Source: Chiloscyllium plagiosum (taxonomy: Eukaryota). Taken from it: a stretch of 64,000 nucleotides of DNA. Position numbers and translations under genes: made by a program. Shown here piece after piece: positions 26,072 through 38,624 of this stretch (the first letter of the stretch is position 1; each line of letters opens with the position of its first letter). Under the pieces are notes generated by a model. That model searched no databases, was not told where the DNA came from, and worked only from the letters and a program-made list of their open reading frames with translations. The DNA is taken from contig NC_057719.1 of assembly GCF_004010195.1 (NCBI RefSeq), positions 62,196,796 through 62,260,795 of the forward strand. Direction: 5' to 3'.

Positions 26072-26270
26072 AGGGGAGGTGACGGCCCAGTGCTATTGTT
26101 GCTCTGGGAACCTGGGTTCAAATCCCGCCATGGCAGATGGAATTTGAATTCAAATGAAAATCTAGAACTGCGAGTCTAATGACAACCATTGTTGATTATC
26201 AGAGAATCCATCTGGTCCGCTGAGGATCTACCCAGCCTTACTTGATCTGGCTGGCATGTGACACCAGGCT
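26072..26270 (+). mobile_element. SacSINE1/Deu-like SINE, degraded
   Basis: GGGTTCAAATCCCGCCATGGCAGATGG...CCATCTGGT; similar to 8752-9350. Confidence 0.6.
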
Positions 26271-26465
26271 CTCAGCTGGTTGGTTGGGTGTTGGCTCACC
26301 TGCCATTTACCTTTGGTCATTTCTCCCTCAACTGACTGTTAACGTTCCCTGGTTTGTGAATGGGATACCAAACTTACATGAGCATTTAAAATCAGTAGTT
26401 TCTCACCTTTTTAAAATGTATTTCCATTCTTTGCTTCAAATTCTTTTACTCTGCCCCGTACCACT

Positions 26466-27902
26466 TAGAGTCATAAAGATGTACAGCATGGAAACAGACC
26501 CTTTGGTCCAACCCGTCCATGTCGACCAGATATCCCAACCCAATCTAGTCCCACCTGCCAGCACCCAGCCCATATCCCTCCAAACCCTTCCTATTCATAT
26601 ACCCATGCAAATGCCTCTTAAATGTTGCAATTGTACCAGCCTCCACCACATCCTCTGGCAGCTCATTCCATACACGTACCACCCTCTGCGTGATAAAGTT
26701 GCTCCTTAGGTCTCTTTCATATCTTTCCCCTCTCACCCTAAACCTATGCCCTCTAGTTCTGCACTCCCCAACCCCAGGAAAAGACTTTGTCTATTTATCC
26801 TATCCATGCCCCTCATAATTTTGTAAACCTCTATAAGGTCACCCCTCAGTCTCCGACGCTCCAGGGTAAAACAGCCCCAGCCTGTTCAGCCTCTCCCTGT
26901 AGCTCAGATCCTCCAACCCTGGCAACATTCTTGTAAATCTTTTCTGAACTCTTTCAAGTTTCACAACATCTTTCCAACAGGAAGGAGACCAGAATTGCAT
27001 GCAATATTCCAGCAATGGCCTAACCAATGTTCTGTACAGCCGCAACATGATCTCCCAACTCCTGTACTCAATACTCTGACCAATAAAGGAAAGCATGCCA
27101 AACGCCTCCTTCACTATCCTATCTACCTGCGACTCCACTTTCAAGGAGCTATGAACCTGCACTCCCAGGTCTCTTTGTTCAGCAANNNNNNNNNNNNNNN
27201 NNNNNNNNNNNNNNNNNNNNNNNNNNNNNNNNNNNNNNNNNNNNNNNNNNNNNNNNNNNNNNNNNNNNNNNNNNNNNNNNNNNNNNNNNNNNNNNNNNNN
27301 NNNNNNNNNNNNNNNNNNNNNNNNNNNNNNNNNNNNNNNNNNNNNNNNNNNNNNNNNNNNNNNNNNNNNNNNNNNNNNNNNNNNNNNNNNNNNNNNNNNN
27401 NNNNNNNNNNNNNNNNNNNNNNNNNNNNNNNNNNNNNNNNNNNNNNNNNNNNGATTTCCCATGCACAAAGCCATGTTGACTATCCCTAATCAGTCCTTGC
27501 CTTTCCAAATACATGTACATCCTGTCCCTCAGGATTCCCTCCAACAACTTGCCCACCACTGATGTCAGGCTCACCAGTCTATAGTCCCTGGTTTATCTTT
27601 ACTGCCCTTCTTAAACAGTGGCACCACTTTTGCCAACCTCCAGTCTTCCGGCACCTCACTTGTGACTATCGATGATTCAAATATCTCAGCAAGATGCCCA
27701 GCAATCACTTCTTTTGCTTCCTACAGAGTTCTCGGGTACACATGATCAGGTCCTGGGGAGTTATTCACCTTTGACCATTTCAAGACATCCAGCACTTCCA
27801 CCTCTGTAATATGGACATTTTGCAAGATGTCACCATCTATTTCCCTACAGCCTATATCTTCCATATCCTTTTCCACAGTAAATACTGATGCAAAATATTC
27901 AT
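26466..27902 (-). mobile_element. 5'-truncated CR1 LINE (HER1-like) ORF2 and 3' UTR, spanning an assembly gap
   Basis: SPGPD, SLTSVVGKLLEGILRD, SQHGF, ERDLGV, LYRTLVRPLLEYC, FITQRVVRVWNELP. Confidence 0.92.
27186..27452. other. Assembly gap (267 N)
   Basis: Run of N inside a CR1 copy. Confidence 1.
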
Positions 27903-27904
27903 TT

Positions 27905-28470
27905 TGTGTGTTTGTGTTTGTGTGTGTGAGATGGAGTATAAGCCTGAGAGGTGTCTGCATGGGTGTGTGTATGTATGAGTGGGGGTATATTTGTGCTTGT
28001 ATGTGAGAGACAGTGGTTAGTATAGTAGTGTCCTGTAATGTGACATGAATCTAAGGCCAATGCAGGCAGCCAATCCATGTAATAATTTATAAATTCCTAC
28101 TTTGGAAATAGAACCAGTCTGACTCAAGATTGGGACCCTGACCGACTCTAACCTCACACCTTTAATGCATTATCTGAGCCTGAGATGTCACCCTTTTTTC
28201 ATAAAGCTCTCGAATGTGATTTGAAAGAAGTTCTGAGATTTATATATTAATGAATCGAAACCTGCAACCCATTCTAAAAGATGAAAGACTGAACAGCAAT
28301 TGAGGTTTGTTCATTATATCATTTCAGTTGCATGAGACTGTATAAATGACATGCTATAAGTTCTGTGTCTTATGATCCTGCTCCAAAGTTACAAAGGAGC
28401 AACACTCTGAAAGCTAGCACTTCCAAATAAACATGTTGGACTATAATCTGGTGTTGTGATTTTTAACTGT
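27905..28470 (+). mobile_element. PLE family B fragment with an inverted 5' part (about 27905-28058 minus, 28059-28470 plus)
   Basis: Minus strand near 28030-28058 reads GLRFMSHY (PLE GIY-YIG-like C-terminal end) followed by a CA-rich tract; the plus part ends CCAAATAAACATGTTGGACTATAATCTGGTGTTGTGATTTTTAACT. Confidence 0.65.
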
Positions 28471-29461
28471 ATTATTTAAGGAAAGGTTAAACAAATATTC
28501 CAAACAAATCTGAGCTGCAGGGCTACAAATTGTGTTTTATCATGCTTTTAAACTGTAATTTACAAACTACTGCTCCTGTTGATTTCCAGACACATTTTAC
28601 AGTCTCTCCTCAATCTCCAAGCTTGCAGCTGTTTTCAAATGTGCATATCCCCATTATTATTTGAGATTTGTTGTCCCTATACCCACATCTTAAATGGCAA
28701 CAAAATTGGAGACAGCAATGACTACTTGTATGCTGATTTTGAATCTTCCCTTGAGTAAAACTAATGTTCAGCTCACTGATTCAGTTTGCCAACCAATTTT
28801 ACAAACATGCTTTTGCACCTTTAGAGTTCATTTTTAAAACAATACTGTATGGAACCCTCATTGAACACCACCTGAATATCTATGTACTCAAATTTGTTAT
28901 GTCTCATTGGAGTAGCGTGTCAGAATAAAGCCCCACTGTTCCTCGAGTTGTCCCAAAAGTTAAAGATTTTAAAAGGTACAATCCCAACAATTCTCCAGTT
29001 CGCCTGACTTTCTGACCCAAGTTGATAGAAAGCAGACTATATTGTGTTGACTAATCATCCCCGCATGGCTCGGTGGCCAAGCAATGTTTTGATTTTAAAA
29101 GTCTCATCCTTGTTTCAAAATCTGTGCACGATCGTACCCCGTCCTGCTTTCTATATTCTCCACAAGCCTTCAAAACATTTGTGTTCCAGTCTCTTGAGCA
29201 TCCTCGATTTTATTCGCTCTGCATTTGGAGGCCATACTTTTAAGTGCCTGAGACTGAGGTTCTAGCATTCTCTCCCTCCATCTCTCCAGGTCTCTGCTTT
29301 TCTCTTTCGAAACACACCTCAAAACTAATCTCTCTGATCACCAGCTCTAATATCTATATTGAATATTTTACATAGCTTGGTATTTTAGTTTGTTTCATCA
29401 TACTCCTATCAAGTGTCTTGTGCCATTTATTATGCAATAGATGCCAAGTAAATGTACAGAT

Positions 29462-29768
29462 TAGAGTTATAGAGTCACAGAGACTTATAGCACAGAAACA
29501 GACCTTTGGAACAAAGCCATGTTGACTATCCCTATGCAATCCTTGCTTTTCTAAATACATGTAAATCCTGTCCCTTAGGATTCCCTCCAGCAACTTGCTG
29601 GCCACCAATGTCAGGCTCACCGGTCCATAGTTCCCTGGCCTTTCCTTACCACTTTTCATTTCGTGGCACCACATTAGCCAACCTTCAGTCTTCCAGCACG
29701 TCGATGTTGATGATACAAATATCTCAGCAAGGGGCCCAGCGAACACTTCCCTCGTTTCCCGCAGAGTT
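29462..29768 (-). mobile_element. CR1 copy with a large internal deletion (3' terminus joined to the RT N-terminal region)
   Basis: About 48 bp of 3' end joined near 29510 to REVFAGPLAEIF...PGNYGPVSLT...SQHGFV. Confidence 0.85.
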
Positions 29769-30269
29769 TGTTGTATTTGTAGCCTTTCCATGCTAATTTA
29801 GTCTGAATATTTCTTTCAAATACTGTTCTGCAATCTGTTTGTCATCTGAGAAACTTTTTCTATCATAATTTGGCACTGGTGGCTATTAGGCTGACAGTTC
29901 CCATCACAGCATTTAACATCCAAGATGGTGGGGTAGTATTTTCAGTTGGAGCCTTGGCCTAATTTTTCTCCCCTATTTTTCCCATTTATTTGACACAGAG
30001 CATTTTTTACAAAGGATATCCTATACCTGATGAGGTTTTCTTGTGTGTTTTTAAGCAATTGAGCAAACTACATTGTCAAAACGATAAACACAAATGCTGG
30101 AACTAGTCAGCAAGTCATCTGTGGAGAGAAACAGCATGAACACTTCAACTCTGATTTGAAATTCTGATCAAGCAAGAGAAGGGAAATAAAAAGCAATGAA
30201 GGTGAACAGGGAATAAAAGACAATTGGAAATCATGTCAGAGAGAAGATCAGAACCTCTTCATGGTAAGT

Positions 30270-30680
30270 ATTCCTGAAAAACAAATTGGAATGGATTAAG
30301 CTGGAGCATCAAAGCAAAGTTTTGTTGTTGCAGGCAATTCTATTTGGTGTTCATGGACATTAATTAAAGATCTGCAGAATAAAACCAATACCTCTGGAAT
30401 AACGGATGTGTGTGCAAGAAATTCTGTAAGCAGACCATAAGACAAATGGAGAGATGCTTGAAATTAGAGCAAAAAGAATTTCTAAAGGTGATGTGCAGAA
30501 AAGAAAATTCAGTATTTCAGCTGCTTGTTCTGAGCTGCAAAACTATGGAGCTTCAAGAGGAAATGAAGGACAGCAGGAGAAGGGGCGCACTTACATATAG
30601 TTGGATGATGCATGTCACCGGGTATTTGCAGACAAGCTATACTGGATATGGGAGGATCATTCAAGACAGCCAAACATGAT
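30270..30680 (+). mobile_element. Possible ancient RTE-clade LINE 3' fragment
   Basis: Frameshifted traces KTNGEMLE, RK..QYF and EEMKDSRRRG...W resemble RTE C-terminal motifs (TNEEVL, RKLQYFGH, GKRRRGR..W). Confidence 0.35.
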
Positions 30681-31199
30681 ATACCATTAGAGAAGGTCTC
30701 CGAGCAGGAGGAACTGCATGCAGAGACACAAGTGTTGAATCTGATTCATTCTTAAAAATATTCGTTGCTCAAACAATTGATTCATGTGGTGGGCCCACGC
30801 TTTTGGTGTTTACAAGTATTGTAGAAAACTCAACTTTACATTGTGCTCCCAGTCACATCACCTCAATGTTGATTGCCAAACACCATATGAACTTACTCAT
30901 GGACCTTTCAAACAAATGAAAAACTAATTGTCTCTGTTTTGGGACTGTGTCCCCATTTTTGTCAGGAATGTGCCTGCAAATATTAGCGGTAGGTTATTTG
31001 GCGCTACAAATTTGAAATAAAAGAATAAATGATTTCTAATTTTGAACTTTACTGAAAGAAAATCATCACTTTTTTGATTAGTTTTAGTTCTTGAAACAAT
31101 AGTACATTGCATTTTGTACTTTAATCATATTTCCATTTAACACAAGTTCTCTGTCCTCTCCTATTTTTCCTTCTGAGGGTTGGGCCATAGACTTTGATT

Positions 31200-31412
31200 A
31201 GGAGAAAGTAAGGACTGCACATGCTGGAGATCAGAATCGAAGAGTGTGCTGTTGGGAAAGCACAGCCAGTCAGGCATCATTGAGGAGCAGGAGAATCAAC
31301 ATTTCAGGCATAAGTCCTTCATCTGATGAAGGGCTTATGCCCGAAACATTGACTGTCCTGCTCCTCGAATGCTGCCTGATGGGCTGTGCTTTTCCAGCAC
31401 CACAATCTTCGA
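31200..31412. mobile_element. Palindromic PLE family A insertion
   Basis: Centre CTTCATC-T-GATGAAG (31317-31331); TSD CAT(A/G)G(A/G)CTTTGATT at 31186-31199 and 31413-31426; core CTGATGA 31323-31329 and GAAA 31343-31346. Confidence 0.9.
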
Positions 31413-32296
31413 CATGGGCTTTGATTGTCCACAGTTACGGGCAAAGTAATGTGATGTGTTGGCTGGACTTCGTATTGCCTATTAAATCACCAACTGTGGC
31501 TCAGAAAATTATACTCATTCTAAACAAGATTTCAGCAAAAAGGTGTCTGTAGCTTGCACTGCTTTGGGGTTTGGGTTGCATTCAGAAGGAATCTGCCCTA
31601 TTGTATGTGTTGCTGACTTCAGTCTGAAACGATTGTCACTTATCTGGCATTGTTAAAATGCAACAGTAGAGTTACACATTTTCTTGATGTACAATGCCTC
31701 AGCACTGATCACCCCAGTTATAATCTCAAGTTGGAGAAACTGACTGCTAAAGTTGTTCACAACAGATATGCCATAATGCTATATAAGGCAAAGGTAATGT
31801 TGGCTCTTGTATCTGGAGAATTTGTGCAATATGAAGTTACAGGTCCTGAATCTGCCACATGAAGCCCTGATTAGAGCTAGGTTGTAGTGACTACTTAGTT
31901 TAGGAAGAATATGTTGGCCGTGGAGAGAGTGCAGTGTAGATTTCCAGAATGATGGGTGGATTCCAGGGTTGAAATATGAGGAGAGATTCCACAAATAAGA
32001 GTTAACTTACCTGAATTTTAAAGGAGATTGAGGGTGATTTGATTGAGGTTCCTAGATATTAAGGGGATCCAAATGCTGATGCTATCAAGGACTGGGCGGT
32101 GTAGTTTAAAATTAAAACCAAATCTATTGTAGTAAAGTTTAGAGGAATTAGCATGCACTAAGGATGGCCCAAGATTAGAACTCTCTTCTGAAAATGGCCA
32201 ATTGATGTCAGTTTAATAAATCTGAGATTGATAGGCTGTTGTCAGCTGAAAGTATTCTGAGATATGGGGCAAATGAGAGTTTAAGTTGCAAATCAG

Positions 32297-32513
32297 AGTT
32301 GAGTGTGTGGTACTGGGAAAGCACAGCAGGTCAGGCAGCATCCAAGGGGCAGGCGAATCGACGTTTCGGGCAAAAGCCCTTCATCAGGATTCCTAAAGGC
32401 TTATACCTGAAACATCGATTCTCTTGCTCCTCAGATGCTGCCTGGCCTGCTGTGCATTTCCAGCACCACACACTCGACTCTGAACTCCAGCATCTGCAGT
32501 CCTCAGTTTGTCC
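32297..32513. mobile_element. Palindromic PLE family A insertion inside an old CR1 3' region
   Basis: Perfect 16-bp TSD TTAAGTTGCAAATCAG at 32281-32296 and 32514-32529. Confidence 0.92.
32355..32392 (-). ncRNA. Minimal type I hammerhead-ribozyme-like motif (best-preserved copy); activity untested
   Basis: Minus strand GAAUC-CUGAUGA-A-GGGC-UUUU-GCCC-GAAA-C-GUC-GAUUC: conserved core, 4-bp helix II, 5-bp helix I; helix III possible only as a dimer via ACGU. Confidence 0.65.
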
Positions 32514-35500
32514 TTAAGTTGCAAATCAGTCAGAATCTTGGTGGTGAAGTGAGCTTAAGGAGCTAAATGGCATATTAGCAATTCTGCTAAACAGAACATT
32601 CCTCTGAAGTGTTGAATTTTTTTGTTCTTGAAATCAAATGATAGCTGTCCTTAGAAGGCACACCCATATGTGGGTATGCATTTATGTGCGGGCTATTTCA
32701 GAAAAAAATCCTCAACTCCATCTTATTTTAAGTTATAGCCCTTCAGACATTAACTTTTTCTTTGTCTTTGTCATGATCAGACTTAAAGTGAAAAATGTCT
32801 TGGATGTGAAAATCCACTGAAACCTGATGAATTTTGTCTTTGCTTCCTTGGGAAGTTCTGTTCCTCCAGCCTTTTAGTCCAAATCATCACTTCTGATTTC
32901 AGATCAAACTATCTTGTATAATAGGACTAACAAGTTTAATCTTGCCCTCCAAGAACATTTGACAGATTAATTCTGTGATCATTGGTATGTCTTGGTTTGA
33001 TTGCATATTTCTCAACTCCTGTGCTTTAGCCTTTTCAGTCTTTGAAAGATGTGTGCCTGTCTGATCCATTTCTATATGATCTATCCAGATATTTGTACTG
33101 ATGCATTATGCATTTAGCTTCAATACACTGGATGTGTTGTGGGCAGTACAGACTGAGCACCATAGATCATCCTCTGAAGGAACTGACTGCTGCAAGTGAG
33201 GCTCTTCACAATCTCAAAGAGACAAGTGCAATTGGATTCTTTTAAACAAACACCACTGGTCATGAATTTTCTTCCTTCCTTATTCTCTCTGGCAGGTCTG
33301 TTCCCTGAGCGAGTCGGGCAGGTACTCTGCCGGGGTTGGTCTTAATTCGATGAATTGTCAAAACTTTAACTCACTATCTGATTATTTGCTTTTGTGAAAG
33401 TAGCTTGGCAAATCTACCTCATGTTGGAGTTTCTCACTGGAGACTGAACTTTTTAGCAGTTACCTGGTTATTGGTTGAAGGCATAAAAATAAGATAATTA
33501 TACCATAATGTGCTGCATATAATGAGCAGTCAGCCTCCCTTCATAAAGGGGCTTGTGCATATCCATATGTCATTTAAAATGAAATTTGCATTGGTATCGA
33601 TTTAAAATTGTTTCCGTTACCTTGTGAGATGCAGCAAAGCTGTAAAATGTGAGATTCCCTAACACTCTGGTACTTACAGGAGCACCATCTTTGGATTTTA
33701 TTTTTAACTTAGCTGCAAATGAATATTGTAACTCAGATTGACATGCAGCAGGACTCAGAGTTATCTGTAATGATTTGAAAAAGAATTGCACTTGGTACTT
33801 CACTGTTCAGCAAAATCAGGAACAAGATGAAAGAATTTAATTTTCAGCTACTTGAATAGAATCTCAGCACTCGTTGTCCATCTTCATTTCCTCTCGAGTC
33901 TTCAGTTTAGAGAATCACATCTTGCTTTTAGTGCTGCTGTGATAGCAACAAAACACACATGGGTCCTCAAATCGTCCTCTTCCACTTGAAAGTATTTATA
34001 TTCTTTTTCATGAGAGATGGCTAGTTTTCATTGTCCAGTCCGAACTGCCTGTGCGAAAGTGGTGATCGGCTGCAGTCTGTATGGTGTAGTCCAACAGTGT
34101 TGTTAGGGAGGCAATTCCAGGATTTAATCCACTAACAGTGAAGGTATATTTGTGTTCAATATATCGGCTGCTTGGAGGGAAACTTGCAGATGGTGGTGTT
34201 CCCATGTATCCAGAGCCCATGCCCTTCTAGGTGGTCGAGGTCTGTTGTTTTTATTATTCACTTGTGGGGCTTGGACATCATTGGCTGCCCAGCATTTATC
34301 GCCCGTTCGTATTTGCCGTTGAGAAAGATGTGAGCAGCATTCTTCAACTGCTGCAGTCCATGTGCTGGAGGTATACCTACGTTGCTGTGAGGGAGTGAAT
34401 GTTCTGTTTGACAGTTAATATTTTAGGATGTACTTTATAGAAATGTGATTGTGATCATCATTGTATCATAGTATGTGACTTGAGAATGTCCAGGTCTCAG
34501 ACTGCATCCTTTCTCAGGCTACAAAATCATACTGCTCTTTGTGATTGAATAGCTAAATAATAGCCCAGATACACACTGAATCTAGTGTCAGTATACTATA
34601 GTGATCTGCAATAAATGTCCCATTCGATTCTTCAATACCAGACTACCCAAGACCAGTTCTTTTGTAAAAACCATTAAGTCCAAAATGTTAAGTCCGAGTT
34701 TTCTCCCCAGATGCTGGTAGACCTGCTGGGCATTTCCAGTAATTTCTGTTTTTACTGCAGTTCTTTTGTTATGGGAGTTGACATAAGCATTGCTGCATCA
34801 GGTAAAGGTAACCTGCTGGGAGGTAAAACACATATCAGGGATCATGAGACTGGACGTTGCTGTCTAAGGAGACTTGGTGAGTTGATGCAGTGCTTTTTGT
34901 AGATGGTACATGCTGTGAACATGGTGCACTTAAGATTAAATGAGTGAATGTTTAAGATACACACTGAATCTAGTGGGGCTTTTTCTCCTAAAGCTTATCT
35001 GTTTTAAAAAAAAAATGTGTCGAGTAATTCCACTCCTGCTTTGTTTTGTCGATAGGATAGTTATGAGTTGAGTTCCTTGGCACAGAATTTCCAGTCTCTG
35101 ACTCGCTCTTGTGGTCACAATAATTATATGCTTGGTGCTTATAAGTTTTGGGTCAATGGTAAGCACCAAGATGTTGTCAACCTCCTATGCTATTGATATT
35201 TCAAGGATAGATGGTTTGATTCTGTCCTTTGGAGATAACCTTTACATGGTGCAAATGATACTTCACAATTATTAGCTAAGGCCGGGATGTTGTCTGTGTC
35301 TGACATGGACTGCTTTGTTCTCCTGAGGAGAACAAATGGTGCGGAATGTCATGGAGTTGTCAGCGAACGTTCCCATTTCTGATCCAATTGCGGAGGGAGT
35401 GCCATTATCTAAGCAGCTGAACATGGTTGAGCTGAGACCACTGCTGGGACTGAGGTCCTGGGACTGAGGTGATTGACCAACAATAATGGCAATCATCTTC

Positions 35501-36539
35501 ATCTCTAACTAGTGTAGACCTTTCCCCTTTATTCACATTAACTGTATGCATGACGCAACACAATTGAAGTGCAAAATATATTAAGTAACAGCAGATAACA
35601 ATTTGTATTTTGAAACTCAGCTATTTGTCTGTTTGGAACTGAAGGAGTCACAATAAAAACTGAAACAGCAGATCAGGAGATTTGGCCTGTTGAGTCCATG
35701 TTGAGTCTCTATAGAGTAACCCAGTCAGTCCCATTTCTCCCACCCATATTCCTGCAAGTTTACTTCCCTCAAGTGTCTGTCAAATTTAATTTCAAAGTTG
35801 TTCCTCATCACTTTTAATTATATTTCGAGGTACTGAGCTCTAGCTTACGAACACTTGTTTTGTAAAAGATAATTCCTCAGTACTTCTGCATCCCTTGTGC
35901 AAACACAAAGTGTGAACCATGTGTCATCAACTTATGGAACTTTTTATTTACTCTGTCTTAGCTAAACCTGTCATCATTTGTAGCCTCTAGCGAGTCTGTC
36001 TTCAAGTTTCCTTGATTTATGCAGAACAATTCCATCTCATCCAACCTAACCCTGTATCGAAAAGTTCCTAATCCCTGAAGCCATTCATATAAATCACCTA
36101 TGCAGCCTCTCAAGGAAGCTCCTACCTTCAAATAAAATGTCATGATCAGAACTGGACACAGTGCTCCAGTCAGAGTTTTATAAATATGGAGCTTTATTAA
36201 GTTTGCAAACTGTTCTCAACACTACCACCAGTACATAACCTGCTTTTGTAATTTTGGAATCTGACAGTGCATGAAGAAATCTAGGTGCTTGGCATGGAGG
36301 GGTTTTTTTTGTAATAAAAAACATTGTAGTGCAACAAGCCTAAGGTTTGTTTTTGCATTGCTTTCCAGAGGAATCTGCCTTCACAAACAAAGTGGGGAAA
36401 AAAGTCAGTACTTCAGGACTGAATGAGCCACAGCTAAAGACTACCACCCTCAATGTGATGCCATAATGGTGCTAATTATGCCAGAATATGCAAATCTGGT
36501 GTTTCGCTTTTCCATATGTAAATGTAGTAATATTGAAAA

Positions 36540-37640
36540 TAGTAGCAGGAGTAGGCCATTCAGCCCATTGAGCCTTTTCCACCATGGGCTGTGACTGATC
36601 TTTTATCTCAACACCAAACTCCTGCCCTCTCCCATTCCCCTTGATGATATGTTTAGTCTCTAGAAATCTATTTCTTAAATATATTCTGGGACTTCATCTT
36701 CACAGCCCTTCTGTGGTGGAGAATTCACAGGTTTACCACCATCTAAGTGAAAAACGTTTCCCTTGGTTTCTGTCCAAAATGGCCAACTGTGTATTTGCAG
36801 ATTGTGAGCCCCCAGACCTGAATGCCTCCTGGTGTAAGAAACATCTTCTGTGGCCAGTCCAGCCTGTCGGGACTTTGTGTGTTTTAATTAGGTACACTCT
36901 CATTATTCCACACACCGGTAAATACTGACCCAGTTGACCCGCTCTCTCCTCGTTAGACAGACCTGCCATTCCAGTAGTCAGTCTGATGAACGTCACTGAA
37001 AGAAGACCAGGGCTGTCCACAATACTTGGAGGATGGTCACAACAGGGCACAATACACCTGCAGTAATACTTCCTGCTCGCTCACTCAGAACCTCTTACAA
37101 TGAAGGCCAATGTACAATTTGTCTTTCGAACTGGTTGCAAGGACATCCAGCAATATTTCATATTCTATCACCATTTTGGTAGGAAGAACAGTAGCACTTA
37201 ACTAGACAGCATCACATTTATTCTTTTCATAGTGCTTTTGCAATGCATTTTGCCACTTGTTCGAAGTGTTCAAATGACTGTGAAACATGTTTAGATCCTT
37301 CTCACCACTCACACTTCCAAGTAGATTTGTCATCAGCTAACTTGGAAATATTACTTTGACTCCCTGATCTAAATTGTTGATATGTTTTGTCACCAGCTGC
37401 GGCCCCAGCACTGAATCCATACCTTTTCCCTTCCATTTTGGCAAGAACCCAATTATCCCGACGCTGTTTCCTTCCTGCTCACCAATTCTGAATCAAGGCC
37501 AGAATATTATCACCAATTCATGTTCTTTGATTTTTGTGCACTGACCTCTTACCTGCCAGTTTATCAAAAAGCTTATGGAAGCCCAGATTAGCCAGATCCA
37601 CCACATTTAGTTACATCTTCAAAACTTCAGTAGCTTTGGA
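36540..37640 (-). mobile_element. Old CR1 LINE 3' region, degraded
   Basis: Tail GCAGGAGTAGGCCATTCAGCCC, plus CR1-like traces (RVYLIKTHK, CTTTCATAAATCCATGTTGACT). Confidence 0.6.
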
Positions 37641-37684
37641 AAACATGATTTCTCTTTCATAAATCCATGTTGACTTAGTTTAAC

Positions 37685-37880
37685 GAAACTCAGCAGATCA
37701 GGTAGCATCTGTAAAAAGAAAGCCCAATTGAAATTTTGAGTCCGGTGACTCTTCAGAACTAATTGTCACTGGAATCAAAATGTTAATTCTGCTTTCTTAC
37801 CAAAGATGTTGCCAGAGGTCCTCAGTTTCACCCGCAATTTCTGTTTCAGGCCTCCAGTTCCCTTAGTTCTTTATTTCATT
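37685..37880. mobile_element. Old palindromic PLE family C insertion
   Basis: GAAACTCAGCAGATCAGGTAGCATCTGT is inverted against AGATGTTGCCAGAGGTCCTCAGTTTC; the centre contains CTTCAGAACT. Confidence 0.6.
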
Positions 37881-38389
37881 TGACTCTGTGGTACCCAGTT
37901 CGTATTTTCACTATATAATAGATCACAATATTTTCCCTACTACTGATGTTAGGCTAACTGGTCTCTAATTTCTGGTTTTCTTCTTCCCTCCCTCTCTCCC
38001 GTCATCTTATTTTAAATCTTGGTGTTATAAATGCCAACCTTCAATTTGTTGGTATTGTAAAAGAAGCTACAGAAATTTGAAATCTGACAAATATATTTAT
38101 TATTTCCATGACCATCTGTAGTGTCCTGACATGTAGAATATCTGACGATTTACCAGCTTTCAGTCCCATTCATTTCTCTGTTGACTTTTTAAAAAGATCT
38201 AATTTCCTTTAATTTCTGTTAACCTCCTTTTAATTCCTCCTTCCCAAAAGACCCTTGTTTCCCTAATATTTCTGACAAGTGATTTTTGAGAAGATGGAAC
38301 CCAAGTAACTGCTTAATTGCTCTGCTATTTCCTTGATTTCAATTATCAGTTCCCAGATGTTGAATCCGTTCCCAATAGTTATAGCCCCT

Positions 38390-38624
38390 ATTGTTAAAGT
38401 TCACTTGAAAATGTAGCTTTTAAAAGATGAGAGACTTAACAAACAATCCAGGTCTTTTTTAATATGCAACTTCAGTGACATCACACTGTGAACTTTAGCT
38501 ATAAGTTCTGTGTCTTACGATCATATATTCCACAGCCACTTGATGAAGGAGCAGTGCTCCAAAAGCTGGTGCTTCCAAATAAACCTGTTGGACTATAACC
38601 TGCTGTTGTGTGATTTTTAACTTT
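38390..38624 (+). mobile_element. PLE family B 3' end
   Basis: TTGATGA-A-GGAGC-AGT-GCTCC-AAAAGCT, then CCAAATAAACCTGTTGGACTATAACCTG. Confidence 0.75.

Noticed and set aside
26839..27574. Long ORFs containing X runs
   Set aside because: Artefacts of translating through the N gap.
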